Of a DNA stretch of 64,000 nucleotides, positions 1 to 11,939 are shown in pieces. Position numbers and translations under genes: made by a program. The notes under the pieces are model-generated. The model ran no database searches. It had not been told where the DNA came from and saw nothing but the letters and a program-made list of their open reading frames with translations. The stretch lies in NCBI GenBank assembly GCA_964016885.1, contig OZ024740.1:146134001-146198000 (forward strand), given 5' to 3'. Source of the DNA: Eledone cirrhosa. Taxonomy: Eukaryota. Numbering within the stretch: position 1 is the first letter of the stretch; the number at the start of each line of letters is the position of its first letter.

Positions 1-2
1 GG

Positions 3-656
3 AAGCGATTGGCGGTGGATGTAACGCACTACCGACAGGGAACGTACCTCTCGATGGTCGACTGTGGACCAGGACGGATGGCGATATGAAGGGAGATGAA
101 GACTGGAACGGCCGAGGAAATCATGCGGACGTTGAGAGAGGTGTTCTTGGAGCGGGGCCCTGTGGACGAACTGCTGATGGACAACAGCGCAGCGTTCCTC
201 TCGGAGGTGCTGAGGGAGATGCTCGATGGATGGAAGGTTCTGTTCTGGTACAACATGTCCCCTCGGGTGGGACAGGTTGAGGAATCGGTGCCACACAGAG
301 CAGTATTCAGATACGAGTGGCGGCACCCGTGCACACCACCACAACGGCCAGTGGGGAGAGAGAATGCATTCGTGCAGGTGGGCAAAGAAGTTTGGGTTAA
401 GCCCCCAGATGCACGTTGCACATCTGAATGGGGAAGGGGAACGGTGACAGCCGTAAATTCCCAGAACAATGTGTCTGTGGATGGAGTACCATGTCATGTC
501 CTGGATGTCCGTAGAATCACTGTGTCAACGGACTCCGAGGAAGAGGAAACCCAAAGTGCCGCCCCAACACTGCAGAGATCGCAAAGAAGTCGCAAACCAC
601 CAACCTGGACAGCAGACTTTCATATGCAGAAGGACGAGGGGGAAATTGATTCTTGA
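3..656 (+). pseudogene. Ty3/Gypsy LTR retrotransposon integrase C-terminal part (defective)
   Basis: The frame from nt 3 reads KRLAVDVTHY..YLSMVDCGPGR..EVFLERGPVDELLMDNSAAF (first and second D of the DDE core), then an SH3-like VWVKPP..W..G.V tail. There is an in-frame TGA at 87-89, and the segment that should carry the catalytic E is missing between WKV and LFWYN. Confidence 0.85.
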
Positions 657-660
657 GATC

Positions 661-916
661 AGGGGGGGCGTGTGGGTATGGTGTGGTGTGCGGTGGCCGG
701 AAGCTGGGGAGTGCTCGACCGGAAGAGTGCTTGACCAGAAGGGTGCTTGGCTGGAAGGGTGCTCGACCGGAAGGGCCAGCAGATCTGTCTCTCTCTAGTG
801 GTGATCAGAAACGTGGTGGACGCGAGTTTGGCAGCTCCCAGGCATTAATGAGTTGGACGCACGTGGAAGGGGAGAAACCAGCCATGGGATTTAGCGGCGC
901 CTATGAAAAGCGGTAA
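661..916 (+). mobile_element. Polypurine tract plus start of the Gypsy 3' LTR
   Basis: AGGGGGGG (661-668) follows the pol stop closely, with TG at 671. The region is GC-rich with three GTGCT(C/T)GACC(G/A)GAAG sub-repeats. The LTR 3' end is not resolved. Confidence 0.65.
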
Positions 917-2086
917 GTGAGATAGCTTTTGTAACCACAAGTTTTATCACAAAACACTCATCAAATGACCAAACATAGCACGAGGTCACCCTTGACTATA
1001 AATGGCAAAGCAGACAAAGGCCACACTATTAGTTCTCACTCAACCACAATGGACTGCTATCTTTCCCTGTTCATTTGACTAGTGAGGTAGAATTATTTGC
1101 CTCCAATTTCTTTGCTCACATGATTAGCCTATCTTTCTCTTTTTCTTGACACATGCCATCACAATGCACACCGTTCAATTGACACACTGCATCATACACA
1201 CAAATCTTATATAGTTCACAATTTTTATTTCATTAATTTGTCATGATTATTCTTTTCTTACTCTTGTGATTTATATGAATTATCCAAAGATTTTAACATT
1301 GTTTCAAATCCAGTATTTGACAATATAACTCTGTCATAGGCAAACAGATGCCTTCATTTTCTCTGTCAGCCTTTTCATCACATAAATAACAGGTATGGAA
1401 TGAAATTTTCCAATGTGCTATCAATGTACTCATGGGTATAATTTAATTTAGCCAGACTTCATAACCAAACTTCAACCAGATCCCCACAGCAACAAATTAA
1501 ATCTCTTAAACATCCAATCATACATTCTTTTCATAATTCCATTCCATACCTGCTAAAAATGTTTATGTTTGGCACCATACAACTGCTCTAGAATAGTTAT
1601 TGGTGCTTCTTTTCTGGTAGCATTCTTTCTAATCTAAAAGCCTCATCTGATTTATCTATGACTTAATCTTCTTATTTCATCTACTTTAATTTTTTTCTGA
1701 AAGGGCTGACTTAATTTATTTATTTATTTTTTCGTGTATCAATCTTCAGTCATTATCTTCATCTGTTTCCCTTAACTAGCAGTAGCAGACTGGTTCTTAA
1801 AACCAAGCTAGGAATCTACCATTTAGGTTGGCTAATTATTCATTAATATATTGCTTATCTGCAAAAACAGAGAACATGTTTGAAAAAACACAAAAATGAA
1901 ACAGTAAACCCCCCACCCCCGACAAAAAAAATCTATAAAAAAGCAGTAAACAAAAAAAACCACGCAAACACAAAAAGACAGTAAAAAAAAATCCTTAAAA
2001 ATTAACTTCATTTTCAATTCAGTAAGACAGACACATTTCATGTCTTAGGAAGTGACTATGCAGTTCACTGCTTCTCTCAGCAACAC

Positions 2087-2920
2087 CATAAATCATTGTT
2101 TCTACTTTTGGCACAAAGCAACCAATTACCCCAGTGCATTACTGGTGCTTTTTTTTATCAACACCATAAGAATGAAAGACAAAGCTAACCTTGGCGGGAT
2201 TTGAACTCAGAACTTAAAGGGCCATAACTCTTTGCTGCAAAGCATGTTGTCTGATGCTCTACCAATACAGCCAATCTACTGCCCTTAATAGATAATGGTT
2301 TCTTATATAGGCACAAGGCCAGCAATTTTGAGGGAGGGGAAAGTCTGTTAAATCGACCCAGTGCATGACTGGTACTTTATTTTATCGACCCCATAAGGAT
2401 GAAAGGCAAAGTTAACCTCGGCGGGATTTGAACTCAGATCATAAAGGGTTGTAACTCTATGCTGCAAATCATGATGTTTGATGCTCTACCGATACTGCCA
2501 ATCCATTGCCCTTAATAAATAATTGTTTCTACTTTAGGCACAAGGCCAGCAATTATCCCAGTGCATGACTGGTACTTTATTTTATCGACCCCATAAGGAT
2601 GAAAAGCAAAGTTAACCTTGGCGGGATTTGAACTCAGACTATAAAGGGGCGTAACTCTATGCTACAAAGCATGGCGTCCGACTTTCTACCAATACTGCCA
2701 ATCCCCCTATAATCTGCCCTTAATAAATAATTGTTTCTACTTTTGGCACAAGGCCAGCAATTACCCAGTGCATTACTGGTACTTTATTTTATCGACCCCG
2801 TAAGGATGAAAGGCAAAGTTAACCTCGGCGGGATTTGAACTCAGAATGGCAAGGGCCATAACTCTATGCATCAAAGCATTGCATCCGACCCTCTACCGAT
2901 ACTGCCACTCCACCGCCCTT
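2087..2920 (-). mobile_element. Four head-to-tail tRNA-derived SINEs (Nin/Deu-like core)
   Basis: Units at about 2087-2286, 2287-2513, 2514-2721 and 2722-2920. On the minus strand each has an A box (TGGCAGTATCGG-like), a B box GAGTTCAAATCC, the core GCCTTTCATCCTTACGGGGTCGATAAAATAAAGTACCAG (consensus) and an (ATT)-rich tail. Confidence 0.9.
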
Positions 2921-2934
2921 AATAAATAATGGTA

Positions 2935-3200
2935 TCAAGATGTTCTTGTATTATTGTGCTTCTCAGACAGCTTTGGATTTTCTTCAAAGCTGTCTGTGAA
3001 ATACAACAAAAGGCCATTCATATGCCACATGTGACACAGGTAAAGGTAGAAGCAACTTGTAAGCAACATCTGTGAATAAGTTCAACTTGTGGAACACTGT
3101 TGCAGCAGCCATGACAGGCTTTACATGACATATACATGGAATTGATAAAGTCTTTCTGTCCTGTTCAGAGTCACTGTTGCTGTCCTCCAATTCCTCCTGC
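2935..3200 (-). pseudogene. hAT transposase C-terminal dimerisation-domain remnant
   Basis: Minus-strand VAYKLLLPLPVSHVAYEWPF...LKKIQSCLRSTIIQEHL matches the hATC pattern LxLPVTxxxxERSFSxLKxIKxxLRSTxxQERL. Its downstream end is interrupted by the SINE stack. Confidence 0.7.
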
Positions 3201-3479
3201 ACACTATAAATATCCGCTACTGATTGTTTCCATGCTGATTCTTCTCAACCACATACCTTCTCTTGTCGCTTGAGCACTGATACACTTTGGTATGGTGTGG
3301 TGCCCCTATGACTCCCCAGGACTCATAGGGGCACAATATTGACATACAGCATTTCTAGGGCATTTTTTAACCTGGTGGAGCCCATCTCCTCTCCAGGCTT
3401 GAATACAGTAAATTTCTTCCAGAAAAGGATAGAGAGAGTGAGAGAAAGGAAGTGATAAAGAGATATAGAAGAAGAACCG

Positions 3480-3628
3480 ACCTCAGTACTTGACTGGTAC
3501 ATCTTTTATCGACCATGAATGGATGAAAGGCAAAGTTGATCTTGGAGGGATTTGAACTCAGAGAGCCGAAATGAATACTCCAAAGCATTCTATCTGACAT
3601 TCTAATGACTCTGCTAATTCACCGCCTT
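3480..3628 (-). mobile_element. tRNA-SINE (Nin-like core), diverged copy
   Basis: ACTGGTAC..TATCGACC..GGATGAAAGGCAAAGTTGA..GGATTTGAACTCAGA..CACCGCCTT matches the units at 2087-2920. Confidence 0.75.
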
Positions 3629-3964
3629 GATACAATTTACAGAGATACAACATTTCAATGCTACTAAGCATCACTCTTGTATTTCTTTGATCTTGGAGGC
3701 ATAACTATATGGTTGGCATGTGCATTACTATTTCAGCCTCTTTTCAGTAGAGTTCTCAATCTTAAAAACACAGCAAGCACCTTATATGAATTAGAGATTC
3801 ATCCCACATGACATGCTGTTCAAACGATCCTTTTTGTTTTTGTCGAGGAAATTCCTCAGGTGTAGAGTTTCAACTTGACTGGTCATACAAAAAAAACTGA
3901 TCCCTCCAGATACTTCATTAATGATTTTGGTTGGCAAACTATGAGTTTGTGTATGTTAGTAGTA

Positions 3965-6030
3965 GTATTGTTGTTGTTGTTGTTGATGTTTGTCATCACC
4001 ATCTTCCACGCTAGCATGGGTTTGGATGGGAATTTTCCCACTTGCGGCAAGATTGGTTGTCTTGCTCGTATAGGACTGTCTGGCGGGTTTTCTATGGCTG
4101 GATGCCCTTCCTAACACCAACCATGTTTACAGTGTGGACTGGGAGGTTTTTACCGTGTTATCTACACGACCACATTACAGCGTGGACTGTGTGTTTTTTT
4201 GTCGTGACACCTACACTCCCTCATTTGTTTTGGACTGGATGTTGTGATACCAACATAACTTTACATTGAAATGGGTGGTGTGGATGGGGGGGGGGGGGGG
4301 TATTTTGTTAGAGATGCCTACTGACTGTAGTAGGTTTCGCTTTGTACTTAGGTAAGGCGGGTCTTCTGTATTACTGTGTAGTGCCAAAGATCTCGGTCCA
4401 GTGACATTGTCTTGGAGAGGTGTAAGTGTGTGAGGTCAGAATTTAGCAAGTCGTCCCAGGTTTTACTGGGTCTGCCTACTCCGTGGCTACCGTCTATTTT
4501 TATCGCCCTGCACTTTTTTATACAGCTGTCGTCTTTCATGTGCATCACGTGACCGTACCAACGTAGTCTTCTCTCGAGTAAACAGCATCTGATCCCTCTT
4601 ATTCCTAATTTCTCCCTTAGTTCATTTATGCTTTGCCGTTCACGCATATTACTATTACACATCCAGCGGAGCATGCAAGCTTCGTTCCTCTCCAGCCTGC
4701 GTGTATCCTCTGCACACAATGCCCAGGTCTCACTGCCATGTAACATTGCTGTCGTATGCAGGCATCATACAGCCTGCCTTTCATTTTTAGAGAGAACCCT
4801 TTAGCGGCCAATAGTGGTATAAGCTCTCTGAACTTTTTCCATCCCGTTCTGACTTTAGCTACTGTACTTTCGGAGTACCCTCCACCACTGCTGATTTTGT
4901 CACCCAAGTAACGGAAGGTGTCCACTATTTCTATAGAACCATCTGTGCAATGGAATGAGCTAGTATTCTGTGGGCACTTGCTGCTACTTATTACACCAGA
5001 GCACCGGCCACACATAAAATCTATATTCTTAGTTAGCTTACCTGTGATCCCACTACATCTTTTATGCACCCATACTTTGCATTTGGGACATAAAATGGAG
5101 TTTCTGCCTACTCCTTTCCTACACACAGAACTTTAGTCTTAGACAGATTAATTTTAAGGCCTTTTGATTCTAGGCCATGCTTCCATATTTGGAATTTCTT
5201 CTCTAGTTCGGCCATTGATTCAGCTATGAGTGTTAGATCATCTGCGTATAGGAGTTCCCATGGGCAGCCGGTCTTGAACTCCTCTGTTATAGCCTGAAGG
5301 GCAATAATAAATAGTAGCGGGATAAGGACGGAGCCCTGATGAACACCAACTTTTACACTAAATTCTTCACTATATTCGTTGTTAATTCTAACCTTGCTGT
5401 CTGTTTCTTTATACATGGCTTGTATAGCTCTCACAAGCCATTCATCAACACCTAGTTTTCTAAGAGCCCACCAGATAATGGAGCGGGGGACTCTGTCAAA
5501 GGCTTTCTCCAAGTCAACAAAAGCTAAGTATAGGGGTTTACTTTTAGCTAGGTACTTCTCCTGTAGTTGTCGTACAATGAAAAGAACGTCTGTGGTACTT
5601 TTACCTGACACAAACCCGAACTGCATTTCATCTAGTTCAATTCGCTCTCTGATTAGTTGCGCTATTACTTTTTCTGTGACCTTCATGACCTGGTCGATTA
5701 ATTTAATGCCTCTATAGTTACCCCTATCTAGGGCATCTCCTTTACCCTTGTAGCAGTTAATGATGATGCTGCTATGCCAGTCCTTCGAAACGGCCCCTGT
5801 ATGACTTGGTTTACTATCCGGGTGACCATAGTGTGTCCCACCATTCCAGATGCTTTCAGCATTTCAGCAACTATTTCTGAAGGCCCAGCCGCCTTACCCA
5901 TCTTCATATCTTTGATTGCCTTACTTATTATACTACCGTCAACTAGCACTGCTCGTCCCTCTATTGGATCGATGTGGGGGAGACTGTCTTTCTCCCATTT
6001 ATTCTCCTTATTTAGTAGCCTTGTCATGTC
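3965..6030 (-). mobile_element. 5'-truncated RTE-clade LINE (RT, PHD-like insert, C-terminus, 3'UTR)
   Basis: Frameshifted ORFs 6027-5728, 5686-5108, 5126-4626 and 4746-4348 contain KAAGPSEI, QFGF..GKSTTD, AFVDLEKAFDRVP, GVHQGS, LLYADDL and RRLRWYGHV. The 3'UTR (about 3990-4345) ends in a short trinucleotide tail. Confidence 0.92.
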
Positions 6031-6074
6031 TTTTGCAACGTCCTGTCAATATTTTGTGTTAAAAAATTAATAGG

Positions 6075-6250
6075 GCATTGATAAAATGCCATTGCAGTAT
6101 TTATTCTGACTCAAACCCTGCTGAGGTCAACTTTTCATTTCAACCTTCCAGGGTCAATAAAGTACCAGTTAAGTACTTGGCTTGATTTAATTAACTTTGC
6201 CTTTCTATAACATTTGCTGGCCTTGTGCCTAAATTGGAAGTCAATATTTT
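6075..6250 (+). mobile_element. tRNA-SINE copy (opposite orientation to the neighbouring stack)
   Basis: CTGAGGTCAACTTTT..TTTCA..GGGTCAATAAAGTACCAG..GCTGGCCTTGTGCCTAAA. Confidence 0.7.
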
Positions 6251-6369
6251 ATGTTAAAGGATCATTCTTTTTCTCCCTTTTCTAATGTTGAACACATGTA
6301 TTCTGTATGCTTTCTTTTCTTGATACATAAGAAAATGTCTTAAGAGACGAACTTATCAGATTTGCCCCC

Positions 6370-7075
6370 ATAATAATAATATTGATTTCTACTTCATGCA
6401 TTAAGCCAATAATTTTCATAGAGGAGAAAGATGATTCAATTGATTCTAGTACATGACTGGTACTTTATTTTATTGACCCTGAAAGGATGAAAAGCAAAGT
6501 TGGCCTTAGCAGGATTTGAGTTGAAAATGTAAAGACCTAGAATAAATATTGCTTTACATTTGTCTGAAGCTCTAAAAACTCTGTCAATCTACTGCCCTCA
6601 ACACGACTATAACAATAATAATCATTTCTAATTTAGACACATGGCCAACAATTTGGGGGCAGAGGAAAATCGATTAAATCGACCCAAGTGCATTACTGGT
6701 ACTTTATTTTATCAATCCCATAAGGATGAAAGACAAAGCTGACCTTAACAGGATTTGATCTCAGAATGTAAATGGCCGTAATTATATGCCACAAAGTATG
6801 TTGTCTGATGCTCTACTGATACTGCCAATCCACCACCCTCAACAATAACAATACTTGTTTTTACTTTAGGCACAAGGCCAGCAATTTGAAAGGGAGGGGA
6901 AGGTCAATTAAATCAACCCCAGTGCATTACTGGTGCTTTGTTTTATCGAGCCCGTAAGGATGAAAGGCAAAGTTAACCTTGACAGGGATTTGAATTCAGA
7001 ATGTAAAGGGCCATAACTCTATGCTGCAAAGCATGGTGTCTGATGCTCTGCCTATACTGCCAATCCATCACCCTA
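6370..7075 (-). mobile_element. Second head-to-tail stack of three tRNA-SINEs
   Basis: Units at about 6370-6600, 6610-6840 and 6845-7075, the same family as 2087-2920, separated by AAC/AAT-rich spacers. Confidence 0.85.
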
Positions 7076-7099
7076 TAACAATAATAATAATTTCTTTAT

Positions 7100-9913
7100 T
7101 TGCCACAAGGGCACAAAGATAATGAGCATGGTACAAACAAATATGGGAGGGGAGACTGTTAACCCAGTCGTAGTCTTGGTTTGACCCAGGATGGCTCTCT
7201 GTCTAGGAGACAAGCTTGGGAAAGATGTGCCTGACAAAAAGCAACCACACCTGCTCACTGTCTAGGAATGTCTGTAGATGCCACAGCTTCAGTGCATATC
7301 TATGTATCATCAGACATGGCATACAGAGTCCCCCATATACAGGATAATAGAAAATGGACTGCCTGACCAATGGAACATGTTCCTTTCACAAGAAAAGAAA
7401 GAGGTGATGTCCCATTCTGGTCACTTGGAAACTAGGGCAAGACACAATGGCCTGGTAATAATATATATTAGAGGCAATATACACATTTCTACCTCTGCTT
7501 TACGTTTCAGAGATATTTTTCTCTCAGCTCATTTCCTACCCACTTGGCAGTCTGGATCAAACCAGACCCCAAGCAGCTTAATCAACCAATATCGCATGTG
7601 ATTCTGTCAGGCACCTTATGACATTATCCAATGGCATGGGCTAGCCTTCCTACATACCAAGCTGCACATCCAAGTTGTTCAGTTTGATATTTGCTCCTGT
7701 CACTGCCACATATTCCTTTAAAACGATGCCACTCACCACAAAGTTATCTGCATATACCTATATAGCCCTTCCATATCCTAGTTCAAGCACTATTCCTTCC
7801 ACATCTCTAGTTTCTACAGTACTAGTTCATATGTCAGTACATATGGAAGGGATGAGAGAAAACACCTCTAACAGATCAAATCCATGATTCAAAATGGTTT
7901 TGATAAGTGGCCATTCTGATCCCTGAGCAGTTGCCACCATGCATTGAAGCAAGCAATTTAGCTTTTGAAAACTGGACTGAAACCAACTGACTTGAAGTCA
8001 GCTTCCAAGCATTGACGTTCAACCTTATTGAATGCTTTCAATTTATCCAAATTGATCAGGACCTCACTGAAGCAAAGTTTAATACTTAGCCTCTCTATGA
8101 TGTTTTGGATGAGATGGAGTTTGTTGTAGATATATTTGTTCAGGATTATATAATTTTCCAACCAAATAACCAACAACAAGCACCAATCTCTTTGCTAATA
8201 CTTTGGCTAAAATCTTAAACTTTGTTTTTAGCATAGTCATGGGCCAGAAGTTATCAATTATGTCTCCCTTATTCCTGTCTTTTCACAGCAGTATTATAAT
8301 CCCCTGGCTCACAAAACTGGGAATTCTCCCATTCTACTGTCAGTTGTAGACATCTGCAAAAGAAAAAAGAAAAATCAGTAAAAAGAAAACTTATTGGGCA
8401 GACCATCCAAAATAGGTGATCTGTCCCTTGTACTTACCCCATCCATATTTCAGCTGCTGTTGTCGACTTTTTGCAGCACTTTGTATCTTTCTCTGTGAGC
8501 TGCAGCAAGTCTGTCACCATCCCCAGTTGACTGTTCACCTCAAACAGTTGAGCAAAATGTTGCCGAAAAGCTGCATATCTGTTTGAAATTGAGTTGCATG
8601 TACCTAATCCAGTCAACCAAAGACTTAAATGTGATCATGTAGAACCTTTGCCACCTGGGTCCACCAAATGTTTTTTATTCCTATGTGCTTTAGAGCACAC
8701 ACCTTAGCTCTGATAACTTTTGTGTTTCGCATTGAAGAACTAGTTAAGAGCCATTCTTGCTGCTATCACGCTGGTTATGATACCTTTCCTAATTACCTCT
8801 TCTCAGTTATTCACTAACTTCTGCTTTAATCTGTTTTTTTCTATCACTATTTCCTTATGGAACCCTATTGATTCTACACTAATCACTCTCTTTAGAGTTC
8901 CCACCATCAGCTGTTGATAATTGCTCCTACCCTCATTAGCCGCTGCTAAACTTGGTCACTAATATGGTTTCTGTAGGCTCTGCATGCTGAGAAAGACACA
9001 TTTAGCTTCTAGTAGGTGGGCTCTTGTTTATGGATTCTATCTAACACAAATATGCAGATAAAAAATCTGTTGTCTGTGCAGTTGATCAGTTGAAATTGTG
9101 GATATCCTGTTTGCTGACTTAACAAATACCCTACCTAGAGACAATCTGAATGCTTCTATGGGGTTGCTCTATGTTCACACTGGCACAGGAAATCCAGTCA
9201 GTACCTATCAGAGTTGGAAACATCTGAGCAAGTTTACAATGCTTTTGCACTTCTCCTATCAGCTAATCCCACACAATCCCAATATATTTAAGATACCATT
9301 ACTGTTTCTCACTAGTACTAAAGAGCTGGATGTTCCTAGATGCTTGAAGAAATTTGGCCACCCTGATCCTGATGGAAGTCAGATGGCCACTAATCTAAAG
9401 GCATTGCCTTCATTGTTACTTACACCCAGGACCACTTAATTACTGTCTGGATTCAGGAAGATTGGCCTTATCTTGAGATCCAATCCTTTTTGAAACAACA
9501 CTGCCACTCTATTTCTGAATCCAAACCAACCAAGAAATGCATGCACCTTGTAGTCAGTGAAGATAGGTATGATAACATGTGGCTCAGAAATTCTGGTCTT
9601 GTTGATGGTTAGCACATCTTATGTCATAGGAGGTCATCAATTAGTGATATTGCTTTCAAAGTGGTCTCAGGTCAATTATATTTACTACTCTAAATGACAC
9701 TAATATAGCATGGTTCATCTTAGTAAGGCCAAGTTTGTTAGAAAGGTGAAAGTGAGAGAGGTCACTAATCTGGCTCCTGTTGAAACGGTCTTCCTGGGAG
9801 TTGAAGCTGAAAAGCCTGTCCAAGAGTCTTTTGTCAACTCCGCTTCTACTCCCCACCCACTCACATAATTTGGGAATCTTTCTGTGTGTTCCCTGGAAAA
9901 TAACTGCTTTCAA
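7100..9913 (-). mobile_element. Decayed L1/Tx1-clade LINE ORF2 (APE + RT)
   Basis: Minus-strand motifs DNFWPMTMLKTKFKILAKVLAKRL (about 8185-8255), LINLDKLKAFNKV (about 8020-8060), VYADN (about 7740-7760) and APE-like FRLVA (about 9385-9410), with many stops. Boundaries are approximate. Confidence 0.75.
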
Positions 9914-9919
9914 ATTGGC

Positions 9920-10420
9920 ATTTCACCCAGACTTGGACTTCAGATCTGTGAGTTACATAGATGTCCTTGTTGGTATACAGCTGTTCTCTTACCATGCTAC
10001 CTTCAATGATACCGTCAAACATGATTTAAGCATAGCAGGTTTTCCATCACAACTGGAGCCAACAGGATTAGACGAAAGCGATGACAAAAGACCAGATGGT
10101 ATTATAATCTTCCTATTCCAGGCCTCTAATATGGAATGTGAACTACAGTGAGACTATATTCCAGTGTAAGATCCAGGCTTTGACACCTGACAGGTCAGGT
10201 GTCACAAACTGTCAAAGTACCAGATGCTCTTCAATAGGTTTCTAGTTGGACATATAGCAGTAGAAACATCTAATATCGTGGTCCACTGGATCCTCCTCCT
10301 TTCACAGTAAGATCAGTGTGTAGATGGTCATTTGTAGGTATGGCTGTTTCAGTGTATCTCCTTTGCTATACTTCAGGGTGATGCATTTGCCATTTTGTCT
10401 GTCAAGTCCATGAAATATTT
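9920..10420 (+). mobile_element. CRE-like non-LTR retrotransposon 3' fragment (restriction-like endonuclease)
   Basis: HATFNDTVK...AGFPSQLEPTGLDESDDKRPDGIIIF, then IAVETS and WLFQCISFAILQGDA. This matches the RHxxxND..EPxGLxRxDGKRPDG..AVET..QRISxAIQRGNA signature. Confidence 0.75.
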
Positions 10421-11059
10421 GATTTCCATGCTGTAATATAATAAGTATCTAAAAAATTGATTGCAATTGTATATTAATTTTGTCTTTTTCAGATTATTCT
10501 TGTATAACAACCCTCAATTCAGAACTTAAGAATAAATGAAGCTGGCAATATATAGTGTACAAAAATATTGGCAGGACCATGTCTCCAGCCTCATCATCTT
10601 AGACAGAGCCATCTCCACAAGTATTGGAGACAAGATCTTCAAGACTTAGCAAAGAAGGACAGGCCAAGTAATCCAAATGGATGAGTCCAGGATGTCACAA
10701 TAACTCTTCTACGGAAAGCTGAGGTAGATCAGTTGGACCTAGGGTCACCCAAAGAAGAAGCACAAGGACAACTTCCAGTCAAATCTTAAGTAGGGCAAAC
10801 TCCAGCCATATGAACTTAGGACTATGGCTGTCGACTGGTGCTCCATAGAAGCAGACAACTTTTAGGCTAAGTGGTGCTTGCAGAACCTCAGCCAGCTTTG
10901 AGAGGCATAGAAAGATGTATGTTCCTGCTCCAATGAGTGGTGTTCCATGCTTGACTTGCAATCATATCTGCCATTGACCTCAGAAGTCATATGCATCTCA
11001 ACAGACATTCACAGCACAGCACACATCTTCCTCAGACTACATTTGTGTGTATATAAATA

Positions 11060-11740
11060 TATATATTGGCAAAAGAGGGATTAAATGTTGTGTGCAGGAG
11101 AGGAGATTGCACTGGTATGGACATGTGATGCGTATGAAGGGTGAGAGTTGTATAAAAGTTGGTATCCATAGAGTGAGCAGGTCTAGGAAGACTTGGAATG
11201 AGGTAATAAAAGCTGACCTTGCACAATTACACCTCACCAAGGTGATGACACAGAACTGCGACCTCTAGTGCTATGCAGTACTACAGAATACCCGCCCTCC
11301 CATATGCTTGAGCTGAAGCATATATCTAATAGACAACACCTTCCTCTACCACCTCCCCTCCCATACACCTCCCTTGCTGTAACCATCCCTCCCCTATTAC
11401 CTACGTTCTCAATTTCCCAAAGCTTCTTCCCCCACCCTCCCAAGTTCTGGAGCCATGACAAAAGTGTCCAGTCCTCACTGTATAATGGTCATGTATGTGT
11501 CAAGACAAAAGCGCCCAGTCCACACTGTAAAGTGGTCATGTAGGTGTCACGACAAAAAGCACCCATCACATACTGTAAATGTGGTTGGCGTTAGGAAGGG
11601 AATCTAGCTGCAGAAACCAAGCCAAAATCAGCCCTGTGTGAGCAAAACACGGTCCTCTGACCTGATCTCTCCCTACCAAAGGGACAGCATGTCCTACCCA
11701 TGCTAGTGTGGAAAATGGATGTTAAACGAGGATGATGTTG
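11060..11740 (+). mobile_element. RTE LINE 3' fragment with 3'UTR
   Basis: RGIKCCVQERRLHWYGHVMRM..RKTWNEVIKADL, followed by a 3'UTR ending GGATGTTAAACGAGGATGATG. Confidence 0.8.
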
Positions 11741-11939
11741 AGGATATATATATATATAAATCAGTATATAGAGAGAACTATACATAGTGGTATGTGTTTA
11801 ATCATAGGGGATAGAAAACCACCAGAGGGATGAACATATTGTCTACGAAAGGAAAGGCGAATACAGATCAATTCACCTGGACATGCTCAAATTAGAATGT
11901 TTTGCCACAAAAAGTAAAGATTCCATATGGTAGAGGGCT

